Shown here piece by piece: positions 21,496 to 34,601 of a stretch of 64,000 nucleotides of DNA. The stretch is taken from NCBI GenBank assembly GCA_951406725.2, contig OX597815.1, forward strand, positions 187,302,001 through 187,366,000. Reading direction: 5' to 3'. The notes beneath the pieces are model-generated. The model saw only the letters and a program-made list of their open reading frames with translations, had not been told where the DNA came from and ran no database searches. The DNA is from Octopus vulgaris (Eukaryota). The number at the start of each line of letters is the position of its first letter. Position 1 is the stretch's first letter. The translations under genes and the position numbers were made by a program.

Positions 21496-23159
21496 AACCA
21501 ATGATAATTATAAATTGTATCAAATTTCATTGATTATTGTTGCAAAAATTAATCAGATCGTGTACTTATTTTGGACAGTAAAAGACCTAGAATCTCAAAA
21601 ATGTTTCTTCCCTCATTTCCTGTTCCAGTTTTACAATTTTTTTTTTTTTTACTACCAGATTTTAACCTTTTGTCAGGTTTGAAAGTAAAATTATTCATCA
21701 GCACCCATTGTGCTTTCCATTAAATTAGCATTCATCCCACCAAAAGAAACGTTGGCCTGTTCAAATACATTAAATTGCCCAGATTCGTTTCTTGATTTGT
21801 TAAGGAATCATGCTGCCCTATTGGTTTGGCCTTCAAGGAAATGATACTTCACTCATGTCGACGACCTACCACCTAAGATTCTCCACCTCTCAAAAAAAAA
21901 AAAAAAAAAGAAATAAAAGAAAGAAAACAAAAGAAGCAAACACGGATGTTGAGAGTACAGCAGTTCAGAAAAATATCCTGTTAACTATTTGGCTACATAG
22001 TTCATTCTAGTCTGGTGTTGTACGAGTGGGGGGAAAAAAGAACCTAAAGGCAGCATATGTAAGATGTTATTAATGGTTAATTTATAATTTTTTCTAACTT
22101 TGATTAAAATTTAAAATGTCAATGTCATCATGAAATAATGGAAATATGTGAAAGCATTTATATAAAAAAAAGATAGGGAGCAATTATAAAATAAAAAATA
22201 AAGAATTTATTACTAGTGTCCATAGTGAAAATCCGGTTTAGATGCAGTTATCCATTGTAAAAAAGTAAAAGATGTATTGAAAAAATGTTAAAGAAATCGG
22301 AAATGATGATATTGACTTAAGGATTGTATAGAATGTACAAAAAAAATATCTTGTATAGATTAACTTGTATTATTTTACAAAATTAAATTAGAAAATTGGA
22401 CAAAAGAGAACACAATTGAAAACAGAAAAAGAAAAAACCCAAAAGAATTCACTACCTTGGGTTGAAAAGTTGGGGGTGCTAGGAAACCTCTTTAATGGCT
22501 ATATACTTAATATAGCATGGAAACCAAACATTTTATATAAGATGAAAACAATCATGAAAACATAAGTTATGGATGCACAAAATGAGATTTGTGAATAGTT
22601 TTACACAATCCCTTAATTTGTTTTTCCATACATGCTTATGAAGGTATGATGTAAACAAATCATCGCTAGTCCCACATTGCTGCCTAAGTTTCTTCTTGGC
22701 AAGTATCAATTGCCTTCTTATGCAATGTGTATGGATGCAGTCATTATTTGGATCACTGAAATTCAGTGAATGAGCACAACTTCATGAGTATAGAAGTTAT
22801 CTAGACCCCCCCCCCCCCACGAATGAAGTCCAACCATCATATATCAAACGTGTTCCTGGCAATTTAACAGTGGATGAGTCATTTAGTAAAAAAAGTGTGG
22901 GCAGGAGAAGGGCATCAGGTGTACTATTGGCAAATTTCAGGTAATGTTGAAGATCTCTTTGCTGACAGTTTACTTTATCAGTACCGCTTGCCAACCCCTG
23001 TTATTTTTTAAGGGCATGTGCCCATGAAACAGATTTTTTTTTTTTTTGCGTAGAGATAGTTATGTAGTTGGCTGGTTCTGAGAAGCAGAGGCCATTTAAG
23101 ATGTAAAATAGGCAAACAGATGAAGAAACTGTATATGTGAGTTTTCACTAAGTTGAGTT

Positions 23160-23420
23160 CATCATCATCGTTCAACGTCCGTTTTCCGTGCTAGCATGAG
23201 TTGGACGGTTCGACCGGGGTCTGCACCAGGCTCCAGTCTGATCTGGCAGTGTTTCTACAGCTGGATGCCCTTCCTAATGCCAACCCCTCCATGAGTGTAG
23301 TGGGTGCTTTTTATGTGCCACTGGCACAGGTGCCAGAGGAGGCTGGCAGTGGACACGATCGGTTGGTGCTTTTTACGTGCCACCGGCACAGGTATCACAA
23401 CTACAATTTCCACTTGATAT
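23160..23420 (-). mobile_element. SINE family C
   Basis: catcatcatcgttcaacgtccg...ggcacaggtatcacaactacaatttcc; the same end sequence occurs at window start 1-40. Confidence 0.9.
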
Positions 23421-23619
23421 TTATTTTGTACCCAAGATATTTGTGTGAAGAATAGCAATCCCACCACCATCCCAATTAGGAGTAGTATCTTGTTGTTGAG
23501 TCTTATTTCGAACTTGCTGTATCAGCAGTTGACCAGACTACTGCTTGCTTGATGGGGCTGGGGGTCATCTCTGTTTAGTGGTCTCAGAGATGTCATCATG
23601 CTTATAGCCGTCCATGCCC

Positions 23620-23775
23620 ACCTGTACTCTCCATTGCTGGTGGTCCCATGCCTGCTCCTCAGCATCCTCCAAGTTGATGTTGAGCCTTTGGAGATCCTCC
23701 TTAATCATGTCCAGTCATCTGACGTATTTCCATTTCCTGGCCCAAAGAGCTTGTCTTTCAGATGCAGTTTTTGCT
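23620..23775 (-). mobile_element. RTE LINE extreme C-terminal relic
   Basis: R*LDMIKEDLQRLNINLEDAEEQAWDHQQWR. Confidence 0.6.
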
Positions 23776-24611
23776 AGGTTATGGATGTGACACTGTTCAA
23801 AACGCATTGATGGGAGATTGTGTGACCTAATATTGGTAGTGACTTTGGAAGACTTTGTTTATTTGATGCAGCTACACTCGTAGAACATATATGTGAATGC
23901 AGGGTAAAGATAGCGATAAAGAGAGAGAAACATGTGTTGATTTTCAAATGTTTATTGTTACTGAAGAGTGAAAACTTTGCAGAATCGGTGACGAATCTAA
24001 TTAAATGCCTGACAGCATTTAGTTCCATATACAATTACATGATTCTAAATGTGCGTAGTGTGATATTTTTCTAGATTGTTTTTAACAGATGCATCCATAA
24101 AAATTGTATTTAATGGCTAAACTGCTAAACGTATTCTTCATAATAAGTTCACACCCTACATATACTAACCAGATTTTCTTTTGACATGTATTTAGTTAAA
24201 AGCTTGTTCAAATACAGCAATTAAAACTTGTTCCAATAAATCATCATTATACATTTTTAAATATCATAATAATTTATCACTACTGAAAAATTAATTTGGT
24301 TTCTCATTAATGTCCGTTCCGTATTGTATATGTTTCTGTGAGAATAGTTTTATTAACTATAAAAATACAAATGTTGGGTTGATCATGGTAAAATAATATT
24401 TTTGAAGAATACAATTTATAAACAATCACATTTCCTTCAATATACCATAATTGATAAATTTATTTTGCAAGTACTGTGTTTTCATTATAATTTGTGAATA
24501 AATGATTGCTAGATGATATAAGTAAATTCTACTTTATTCTTTATTATACACCAAAGTTATTTTATATAGCATAATTTAGCTTGAAGATAATTTATCCTCC
24601 AGATTATAATG

Positions 24612-24649
<38 letters not shown>

Positions 24650-24652
<3 letters not shown>

Positions 24653-24868
24653 TCATCATCATTGTTTAGCGTCTGCTTTCCATGCTAGCATGGGTTGGAC
24701 GGTTCAACTGGGGTCTGGGAAGCCAGAAGGCTGCACCAGTCCCAGTCTGATCTGGCAATGTTTCTACGGCTGGATGCCCTTCCTAACGCCAACCACTCCA
24801 TGAGTGTAGTGGGTGCTTTTTATGTGCCACTGGCACAGGTGACAGACGGGGCTGGCAAACAGCCATGA
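24650..24868 (-). mobile_element. SINE family C
   Basis: catcatcatcattgtttagcgtctg...ggatgcccttcctaacgccaaccactcc. Confidence 0.9.
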
Positions 24869-24884
24869 TATATATATATATATA

Positions 24885-24977
24885 ATTCAAAATGGGGTGA
24901 TTACAATCAAAATAAGCAACAAGGATATCCAGAGGTAATGCAGTTACCTCTGGATATCTTTGTTGCTTATTTTGATT
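24885..24977. mobile_element. Tail + hairpin element in (TA)n, family H4
   Basis: 34-bp arms 24905-24938 and 24944-24977 (one G.T mismatch) around a 5-nt loop, with a 20-nt unpaired tail at 24885-24904 and (TA)n on both sides. Confidence 0.8.
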
Positions 24978-25248
24978 ATATATATATATATGTATGTGTA
25001 TATATATATATATGTATGTGTATATATATGTATGTGTATATATATATATATGTATGTGTATATATATGTATGTGTATATATATATATATGTATGTGTATA
25101 TATATATATATGTATGTGTATATATATGTATGTGTATATATATATATATGTATGTGTATATATATATATATGTATGTATATATATATATATGTGTATATA
25201 TATATATATGTGTATATATATATATGTATGTGTATATATATATATGTG

Positions 25249-25284
<36 letters not shown>

Positions 25285-25601
25285 TGTGTATATATTGTGT
25301 ATATATATGTGTATATATATATATGTGTGTATATATATATATGTGTGTATATATATATATGTGTGTGTATATATATATATGTGTGTGTATATATATATAT
25401 ATGTGTGTGTGTATATATATATATATGTGTGTATATATATATATATATGTGTATATATATATATATATATGTGTATATATATATATATGTATGTATATAT
25501 ATATATGTGTGTGTGTATATATATATGTGTGTGTGTATATATATGTGTGTGTGTGTGTATATATATATGTGTGTGTGTGTATATATATATATGTGTGTGT
25601 G

Positions 25602-25674
<73 letters not shown>

Positions 25675-25721
25675 GTGTGTGTATATATATATATGTGTGT
25701 GTATATATATATATGTGTGTG

Positions 25722-25776
<55 letters not shown>

Positions 25777-25997
25777 GTGTATATATATGTATGTGTGTAT
25801 ATATATATATGTGTGTATATATATATATATGTGTATATATATATGTGTGTATATATATATATGTGTGTATATATATATATATATGTGTGTATATATATAT
25901 ATGTGTGTATATGTGTATATATATATGTGTGTATATGTGTATATATATATGTGTGTATATGTGTATATATATATGTGTGTATATGTGTATATATATA

Positions 25998-26030
<33 letters not shown>

Positions 26031-26207
26031 GTGTGTATATGTGTATATATATATATGTGTATATGTGTATATATGTATATGTGTATATGTGTATATGTGT
26101 ATATGTGTATATATATATATGTGTATATGTGTATATGTGTATATGTGTATATGTGTATATGTGTATATGTGTATATGTGTATATGTGTATATGTGTATAT
26201 GTGTATA

Positions 26208-26240
<33 letters not shown>
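24978..26240. repeat. 1.26-kb compound (TA)n/(TG)n microsatellite
   Basis: Almost uninterrupted purine-pyrimidine alternation with drifting local units. Confidence 0.98.
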
Positions 26241-26386
26241 TGGCTCCCGTGCTGGTGGCACGTAAGAAGCACTCATTACATTCTTGGAATGGTTGGCATT
26301 AGGAAGTGCATTCAGCTGCAGAAACCATTGGTCAAACTGTCCAACCCATGCTAGCATAGACAACAGACGTTAAATGATGATGATGA
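26241..26386 (+). mobile_element. SINE family C (internally deleted)
   Basis: gtgctggtggcacgtaagaagcac...ccaacccatgctagcat...gttaaa(tga)n. Confidence 0.8.
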
Positions 26387-26856
26387 TATATATTTGTATA
26401 CTCATACGCACACACATAATTTATTCTCCAAGCTATTACACTAAATATTTCAGTCATGTTAATTATTTATTTCAAAAAAGATAAGTTGCAATGGCTGAGT
26501 GGAGAAGCTTTGAGGAGGCATGACTTCATGTTCTGTCACTGGGCATTAAACTCACCTGCTCTACTTATCTGACAGGTGTGGTGGAAAATACTAAACTAAC
26601 TGGAAAAACCAAGTAGTTTAAGTTGCTCACATGAAATGTTCTCATATGAGAATAGAATTTCCAAGAAAACAGTTTATATAAAAATATATCTTTGTTCTAC
26701 TAAAACCAATTGTATTAAGAATATTTTTTATTGTGGCTAAGATATTGTTACTAGTGAAAGAGTTACTTAGTTCATTTATAATTCTGTACTATTTCAAAGG
26801 AGAAAGTAACATTGTTAAAATGCTAGTTTTTACCTGGTCAGCATTAAAATTTTTTG

Positions 26857-27150
26857 AAATAGGTATAATAAATAGGTAAAATAGGTGCAGTTTCTTTGGC
26901 GCAATGAGTGAGCCTGATCATAGAAATATTTTTGTTACTATCATTTGTTGCTTATATCAGTTTATTCATATTATTCAAAAACATAAATTATGTTTTGTTG
27001 GAATTTAGCAAAAATTCATTTGCAATTAACAATTTGTCCTTGTTCATTTTGATTGCTTCAAGCTGCTAAGTAAAATAACAGAAATAGATTGTTTCAAGGC
27101 TTTTAATATGTTACATTTCAAAGACTTATCTTGTTCAAATCCAAAATCTT
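26857..27150 (+). repeat. Local duplication, copy 1 (copy 2 at 28441-28723)
   Basis: Shared gagtgagcctgatcatagaaatatttttgttactatcatttg...gttacatttcaaagacttatctt...caaatccaaaatctt. Confidence 0.95.
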
Positions 27151-27379
27151 ATTTATTTATTACATTTTTTTGATGAACAATATTTCCTTGTTTAGGAGTT
27201 ATCAGGACTTGTTTCTTCTGTTTAGTAGTTCTTTTTCTTCTTCTTAGTATATTATGTTTTGCATACTTTAGTGTGACTAGTTGACATTAGTAGCACTATC
27301 AGTTTTTAGATTCTTCTCTCTGCATTCTTAGTTAAAATTATGTTGAGAACACTTTTCATTTTACCAGAACTCTTTGGTA

Positions 27380-27637
27380 TCTGTGCCGTTGGCATGTGTA
27401 AAAAGATTCGAGCGAGGTCGTTGCCAGTACCGCCTGACTGGCCCCCGTGCCGGTGGCATGTAAAAGCACCCACTACACTCATGGAGTGGTTGGCATTAGG
27501 AAGGGCATCCAGCTGTAGAAACTCTGCCAGATCAAGACTGGAGCCTGGTGCAGCCATCTGGTTCACCAGCCCTCAGTCAAAATCGTCCAACCCATGCTAG
27601 CATGGAAAGCGGACGTTAAACGATGATGATGATGATT
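27380..27637 (+). mobile_element. SINE family C
   Basis: Near-consensus body and (GAT)n tail. Confidence 0.9.
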
Positions 27638-28351
27638 AATCTGTCAAATGTATTGCTTATTTATTCATGATGTTTTGAATTGATCATGCATTATCTCATA
27701 GCTTTGAGATTTTGTTAATGTGATTTTATATTTTTAAAATGACATTGTAGGATAGGTGTGAGAAGCCGGGTCTGGCCAGTTTGAATATAACATAAGTAGA
27801 ATATTTGGGCTAGATATGTCCAGTTTAAATGCTAAAGGGTTGAGGATCAACTGAATGAGCGCTAATGAAATTCTGTGGTTAGTTTTCAATCGACAAAAAT
27901 GAAAAACATGCACAAAAATTATCAAAGTCAAAATAAATTTCTTTTATGTTCTGCTTTATACTTTTTTAGAATTAAACACAAGTGTCACTTTATTATGCAA
28001 CACAATTATAGTCACTTAAGATGAATCAGCTCTTTTATTCATAACTTATCAAGCATAGCTGTTGTCTCATCGATCAAAAAAAAAGTGAAAAATTTGAACT
28101 ACAAAGGATTTTAAATTTAAGTAACTACTTTTATACTTTTGGCTTTTATACAAAAAAGACAGTCAGCTTTCTCTGACTCATCTATCCATTAGCTCATTAT
28201 TTGGACATAACAGTGCAGTAAGACTGAAGAAAGATACACTGAAAAATGTCGACATTTTCTCTTCAGTTTGTAATAATGACTGTTATATCTGAAAACCTTA
28301 AAAACTTAAGGAAATTTCAATTTTCACAGAAGAATGTCAGCATAATGTTGG

Positions 28352-28836
28352 CTTGAAATTTTGGAACGAGGCCAGCAATTTCTGGGGGAAGTAGCAAATT
28401 TATTACATTGACCCCAGCGCTCAATTGTTCTTATTTTTTAAAATAGGTATAAAATACCTGTAATTTCTTTGGAGCAGTGAGTGAGCCTGATCATAGAAAT
28501 ATTTTTGTTACTATCATTTGCTGTATATATCAGTTTATTTGTATTGTTCAAAAACATAAAGTAGGTTTTGGCAGAATTCAGCAAAAATTCATTTGCAATT
28601 AACAATTTGTCCTTGTTCATTTTGATTACTTCATGCTGCTAAGTAAGATAGCAGAAATAGATTGTTTCAAGGCTTTTAATATGTTACATTTCAAAGACTT
28701 ATCTTACTCAAATCCAAAATCTTGGATGAAAGGCAAAGTCGACCTCAGCAGAATTTGAACTCAGAGCATAAAGATGAACGAAATACTGCTCAACATTTTT
28801 GTCCAGTATGATCACTATTCTGCTAGCTCACCACTT
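28352..28836 (-). mobile_element. SINE family B split by a 283-bp copy of nearby DNA
   Basis: ...ttacattgaccccagcgctcaattgttcttatttttt | insert 28441-28723 | ggatgaaaggcaaagtcgacctc... Confidence 0.85.
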
Positions 28837-28994
28837 TAAAACATTAGCATAATTTTGGCAATATATTTTCACCAGTAAAACAATTCACAAATTTTCAAAA
28901 TATTCTCAGAGATCTTATTTTCTTTATGAAACGTGTTGAATTGCTGTTTTGAGCTATTTCTTTCATACAGTCATTTGAAATATGTTTCTTAGAC

Positions 28995-29382
28995 TCTATA
29001 TATATAAAGCTGAAGTTGTCTGTGTAGGGCAGGTTTAGTAGCCTTCAACTAACACTATCTCCTCTGAGACTGTGCGGTGCAAGTTGACCAAAATTGAGAG
29101 TATGATAGAAGAAGGCTTGCTTTTCCTTCGGTTGAAGAAAAAATTCAAATTGGACCATGTTAATACCAAAAGTTAATGACATCAAAAAGGTGCTTTTTTC
29201 TATGAAAATCCTTATTTTTTACGATTTTTGACTGCTGTGTCACCATTTTTCGGTGTATTTCAACCAGAAAAATGTTCACTTAAAGAGAATAACAAGCTAC
29301 ATAATACAAAATTTTTACTTTTCAAAAATTCCAATTCTAAAGGGTCGAAACAGACCCGAGCAAGGCTGGGCGATACTGCTAG
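28995..29382 (+). mobile_element. Non-autonomous Helitron
   Basis: 5' TCTATATATATAAAG, 3' CTAG followed by T, subterminal GC hairpin cccgagcaaggctggg and no TSD. It is absent from the duplicate at ~30222 (tttcttag|tatattat). Confidence 0.85.
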
Positions 29383-29463
29383 TATATTATAATGTTACTT
29401 TAAGATTTTCAATTTGCTACTAAATTTGATTACTACTGATTGCTGCAATGCATTCCAAGAAGA

Positions 29464-30005
29464 TCATCATCATCGTTTAACGTCCGCTTTCCATGCTAGC
29501 ATGGGTTGGATGATTGACTGAGGGCTGGCGAACCAGATGGCTGCACCAGGCTTCAATCTTGATCCGGCAGAGTTTCTACAGCTGGATACCCTTCCTAACA
29601 TCAACCACTCCGAGAGTGTAGTGGGTGCTTTTACGTGCCACTGGCATGGGGCCAGTCAGGCGGTACTGGCAACGACCTCGCTCGAATCTTTTACACATGC
29701 TACTGGCACAGGTGCCACTAAGGCAATGCTGGTAACGATCACGCTTGAATGGTGTCTTTTACATACCACTGGCATGGAGGCCAGATAGCCGCTCTGGCAA
29801 TGATCATGCTCGGATGGTGCTCTTAATACCCTTCTGGCATGGGGCTCAAGTGCCAGTAAGGCAATGCTGGTAACGATCACATTCGAATGGTGCCTTCTAA
29901 GTACCACTGGCACAGAAGCCAGTTAGCCGCTCTGTCAATGATCTCACTCATATAGTGCTCTTTGCACCCTGCCAGCACGGACGTTAGTCATCGAATTTGA
30001 TTTTG
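29464..30005 (-). mobile_element. Long SINE family C copy with internal ~50-55-bp tandem modules
   Basis: (cat)n end at 29464; repeated modules taaggcaatgctggtaacgatcac and tagccgctctg.caatgatc. Confidence 0.9.
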
Positions 30006-30009
30006 AAAT

Positions 30010-30304
30010 GAAATACTGCTCAGCATTTTTGTCCAATATGATCACTATTCTGCTAGCTTGCCACCTTAAAACATTAGCATAATTTTGGCAATATATTTTC
30101 ACCAGTAAAACAATTCACAAATTTTCAAAATATTTTCGCAGATCTTATTTTCTTTATGAAACGCGTTGAATTGCTGTTTTGAGCTATTTCTTTCATACAG
30201 TCATTTGAAATATGTTTCTTAGTATATTATAATCTTACTTTAAGATTTTCAATTTACTACTAAATTGATTATTAGTGATTGCTGCAATGCATTTCAAGAA
30301 GATC
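30010..30304 (+). repeat. ~295-bp direct duplication of 28780-29465 (minus the Helitron)
   Basis: gaaatactgctca.catttttgtcc...gaaatatgtttcttag|tatattataat...gcaatgcatt.caagaagatc. Confidence 0.95.
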
Positions 30305-33300
30305 TCATCATTATTTTGATATGCTGTGCTGTTGTGTTTCATACTTTGATGCTGTTCTAAGATATGAAGAAAATTATTCATCATTTTTCACAAATAATAT
30401 TAATAACCTGAAAGATGATGCAAATATATTTAATACTCAGCTTAAACTGCTGCAGATTACAGAAATGTGGAAACATCAAATAAGATAGATTTTTAAAGAA
30501 GAGTGTTGCTAGTAAAATAAGACTCAAATTGTATCTCTTGTATCAGCATATGTTAAAAAAAACGTTAAGTAAATTAAAAGGCTAAAGAGTAACAACTTTG
30601 ATGTATTAATTTAGAAGGATAAACATAGCAGAATTGCCAGAGGCTAGAATTCATTATGCATTGAGATTTTCCTTTGAAGCAAATATTTTTTTTCTTTTAA
30701 TCTTTGGTATTTTTTATAAGAGTTTCTTCTTTCTGAATATGGAAATGCTAATCAATGGTAGTTTTATTTGGAATGTGTTGAGAGATAATAGGGGCTGAAG
30801 TATTCATGTTTTAACGAAACATTAACTGAGCTATGAAATTTTCTGTAATAAACCTAATTAGATTTTAGTTAATAGCTGATATTTTACTTAATCTTATTGT
30901 TATTTTTTTCTGAGTGAAGTATATTATCCCTGTATTAGACGTGTAAAGACTACCTGTATTCTGTTCAAATTCATGTACTTCATTCTCAAAGGCATCCTAG
31001 TTTCCTTACAGTCTCCTCAGATGCTGTTTCAGGTCCATCTGCAGTAGACATTTTTTGATTCCATCTGTTGTCTTACTACCTCAACATAGGCTTCTTCCTG
31101 ACATGCTGTCCTCCACAATATAAAACCTGGCTTGGGTGTAACTAGATTTCCATTGCAACTGAAGCTATTCAAATTAGACCATGGGAATGGTAAAAAAAAC
31201 CTGATGGCATCATAATCTTCTTGTTCTGAAGTGATTCTATCAACTTGAAATATTTTACTATATGTTCACTCATGCAGAATTTTTCTCTTTAAAGCATCCT
31301 TCTGTATATTCTTTTCTACTCTAGACACAAGGCCTGAAATTTTGCGGGAGGGGGCCAGTCGATTAGATTGGCCCCAGTATGCAACTGGTACTTAATTTAT
31401 TTTTGAAGTAAATTTGCATTTATCTCATTCCATTTAGCAAACATTGTCAGAATGATTTAGAGTTTATCAGAGGAATAAAGATAGAAGGAACAGAAAAAGG
31501 AAAAAAGTTTGTTAATTCTTTAGGCTTACATTCTTATGTCCTTTAAGGTTCCACATGTGTGTACATTTCTTCAATTAGATGAATGGAGCCATAAGTATAT
31601 GTTTGTATGTATGTGTATATATATATATATATATATACATATATGTGTGTGTCTGTGATTGTCCCTCCACCATTGCTTGACAAATGATGCTGGTGTGTTT
31701 ATGTCTCTGTAACATAGCAGTTTGGCAAAAGAGTATGCTAGAATATGTACTAGGCTTACAAAGAATAAAAGAATATATTGTTGCTATTATGCTAAACTGT
31801 TGTATATCCAAATTTGGCCAAGTGTGTTTTTCTCAATATTTATTTTTGCTTGCAATAGCCTCTTCTTCTGGTGAAATTATCGTGTCTTCAGCTACTTCAG
31901 ATGCCAAGATATCAAAGATTGTCAAAGTGTAGTTCAATGGTTTTCCTATGGAACGGTGAAACTATTTCTTTGTTTTCTGAAAAGCAATGTTTTGGGCTTA
32001 AGACGCTTTTGCATAATAGCAATGATATATATGTACACACACACACACACACACACACACTTTTGATAAGCTTCCACACAGTCTTCATCTATGAAATTTC
32101 AGGAGGTGTCGGTCGACATTGCTCTATACTATAGTAGAAGACGTGATCAAAATACTGTGAAGTGGGATCAAACTAACTTAGAAGCACATGATAATGAAAC
32201 AAGCTTCTTAATCACACACTCATTCTTGCATCTATTAAATACATGAATAAGTTCAGTTTTATGAAACTAAATAGTCTTAGATTTGATATTAAATTTGTTT
32301 TCTGGACCCCATAATATCTCCTAACTGTAGCATTCAGAGAAAGCTTGATTTAGCTTTTGTTATATTTTTTGTTTGATAAATCTATTTTCCAGTTAGCATC
32401 AATGAGTTGTTTTAATCTAATTTTGAATTTCGCAAATACATTGATGGAGCAATTATTTTTACGACTGGATTCCTTTCTTAATACTAAACCTTTGTTTGGT
32501 GAACAGTGAAATATGAATTGGGAATGGCACCAATAGTCAACTTTCAGGCAGAATAGTCAGTCTTTATTAAAGGGACAATTCAATAATTGGACAGAAAGCA
32601 TATTACTCTCATGACTACAGTTCTGTTCCTGTAAGAGATTCTAATTTGTTGTAGATTGTTATGACCATTAAATGCTATAAATATCAGTTTGTATTAGAAC
32701 AGTAAAATTAACTACAATTAAAACCGTTCCAAGTTTGCTTAATAAGGAAATCTGTTGGGCATTAAAACATCATTTAATCTCTATTGAACCACTGTATTAA
32801 ACTGGAAATTGATTTCTCTGTTTGGCAAACTGCTAAAGTTCGATGGAATGTGATGTGATGTAATTATAATTGATCTGAGTATATAACTGGTACTTAGTTT
32901 ACTAACATTGGAAGAAATAAGCATTAAGACAACTTCAGGCTTTTAAACTATAAACTAGAGAGATGAAACTGTCTCCCTCCATTTCTGCTTTCTTTAGCAT
33001 CTTCAGTAAGCTGGAATAATATCTTAACTCTAAGAAATACTACAGATGAAATTCATATACAGAATATTCTTTTTGTGGGATTTTCTAGAATAGCAGCTTT
33101 GAAATAATTTTAGTATTTAATTTCCTCTTAAATCTATTTGATATGTTTAAATTTGCACAGTAATATAAACCATTGTAGGAAGTCTGTATTTACTGTCGGA
33201 ATGTGATGTCTAAATTCTGTTAATCTGGAAATCTAAAAGAATGGTATTGGCAAGCTTATGATAAAAGAGCATTTGATTTCAAGGTTATAGTTATTTTAAG

Positions 33301-33496
33301 AAATGTTTTATCTGTAATCGCATCACCATATTTTTTTTTTAATATTATCCAGTTTTATATATCAGTTATGTCTGTTTGATTGCTTCTTTTTATTTTCCTT
33401 GTTTTATCCATTGGTTCTATCAATCTCATATCTATAAAACCAGTAAACATACTTCCTGATTTTCTGTGACTTTTTTCATATTTATTATATCCATCA

Positions 33497-33777
33497 ACAT
33501 TTGGAAATTGTAGTTGTGATTCCTGTGCCGGTGGCGCGTAAAAAGCACCCTCCAAACGTGGCCGATGCCAGCGCCGCCTTGACTGGCTTCTGTGCCGGTG
33601 GCATGTAAAAAGCCCCTACTACACTCACAGAATGGTTGGCATTAGGAAGGGCATCCAGCTGTAGAAACTCTGCCAGATCAGACTGGAGCCTGGTGTAGCC
33701 TCCTGGCTTCCCAGACCCCGGTCGAACCGTCCAACCCATGCTAGCATGGAAAACGGACATTAAACGATGATGATGAT
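33497..33777 (+). mobile_element. SINE family C
   Basis: ggaaattgtagttgtgat...gtgccggtggc repeated twice...(gat)n. Confidence 0.9.
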
Positions 33778-33839
33778 TGAGAGCCATATGGAGTGTTACT
33801 TCATTGTTTTCTCTTACCTTTTTTATTATTATTATCATT

Positions 33840-34212
33840 ATCCAAATGGTTCCAAGTTCAGTCCCACTCCATGGCAACATGGCCAAGTGTCTTCTACTAT
33901 AAGCTCAGGCTGACCTAAGGTTTGTGAATGGATTTGGTAGATAGAAACTGAAAGAAGCCTGTCATATATACATATGTGTGTCTTTGTGTCTGTGTTTGTC
34001 TCCCACTGCTTGACAACTGGTGTTAGTATGTTTACCTCCCTGTAACTTAGAGGTTCAACAAAAGAGACTGATAGAATAAGTATCAGACTTAGAAATAAAA
34101 AAAATAAGTACTGGGATGGGGGCGGGGTCAATTCGTTTGACTAAAAGTTCTTAAAAAGCAGTGCCCCAGCATGGCCGTAATCTAATGACTGAAACAAGTC
34201 AAAGATAAAAGA
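33840..34212 (+). mobile_element. SINE family A (5'-truncated)
   Basis: gttcagtcccact...caagtgtcttctact...atgactgaaacaagtcaaagataaaaga. Confidence 0.85.
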
Positions 34213-34601
34213 CAGAATATAAAATGAAGCTAACATTGGTATTTTTAAGGAATCAAATCAGACAATTTTTCAATTTATTTTATTATCATTTGTGGTTTTT
34301 TTCAGGATGTTTTTGAACTTTAAAATGAAAGAAAATTTGAATGGAGTATCAAGTGAACTTTCAAATATAAATACTATCAATAAACAATATTAACTGAATA
34401 TATCAAACAAAAAGTATCATGTGAATTTTATCTAATCAGTTTATTCAGATGTAATTTTAATAAGATAAATATGTTTTAATTTTCCCAAGTCTAGTAACTT
34501 GTATTCAGTATCTCATTACGTGTATAACCTCTATACTCTGATGAAAGGTAGCTTTTCTCTATATAGAACTGTGTTTTCCCATTTTTAGCTTCATTGATGT
34601 A

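Noticed and set aside
24783-26363. ORFs of 420-526 aa rich in Y/I/H/T or C/V/Y/M
   Set aside because: They are translations of a (TA)/(TG) microsatellite that lacks stop codons in several frames.
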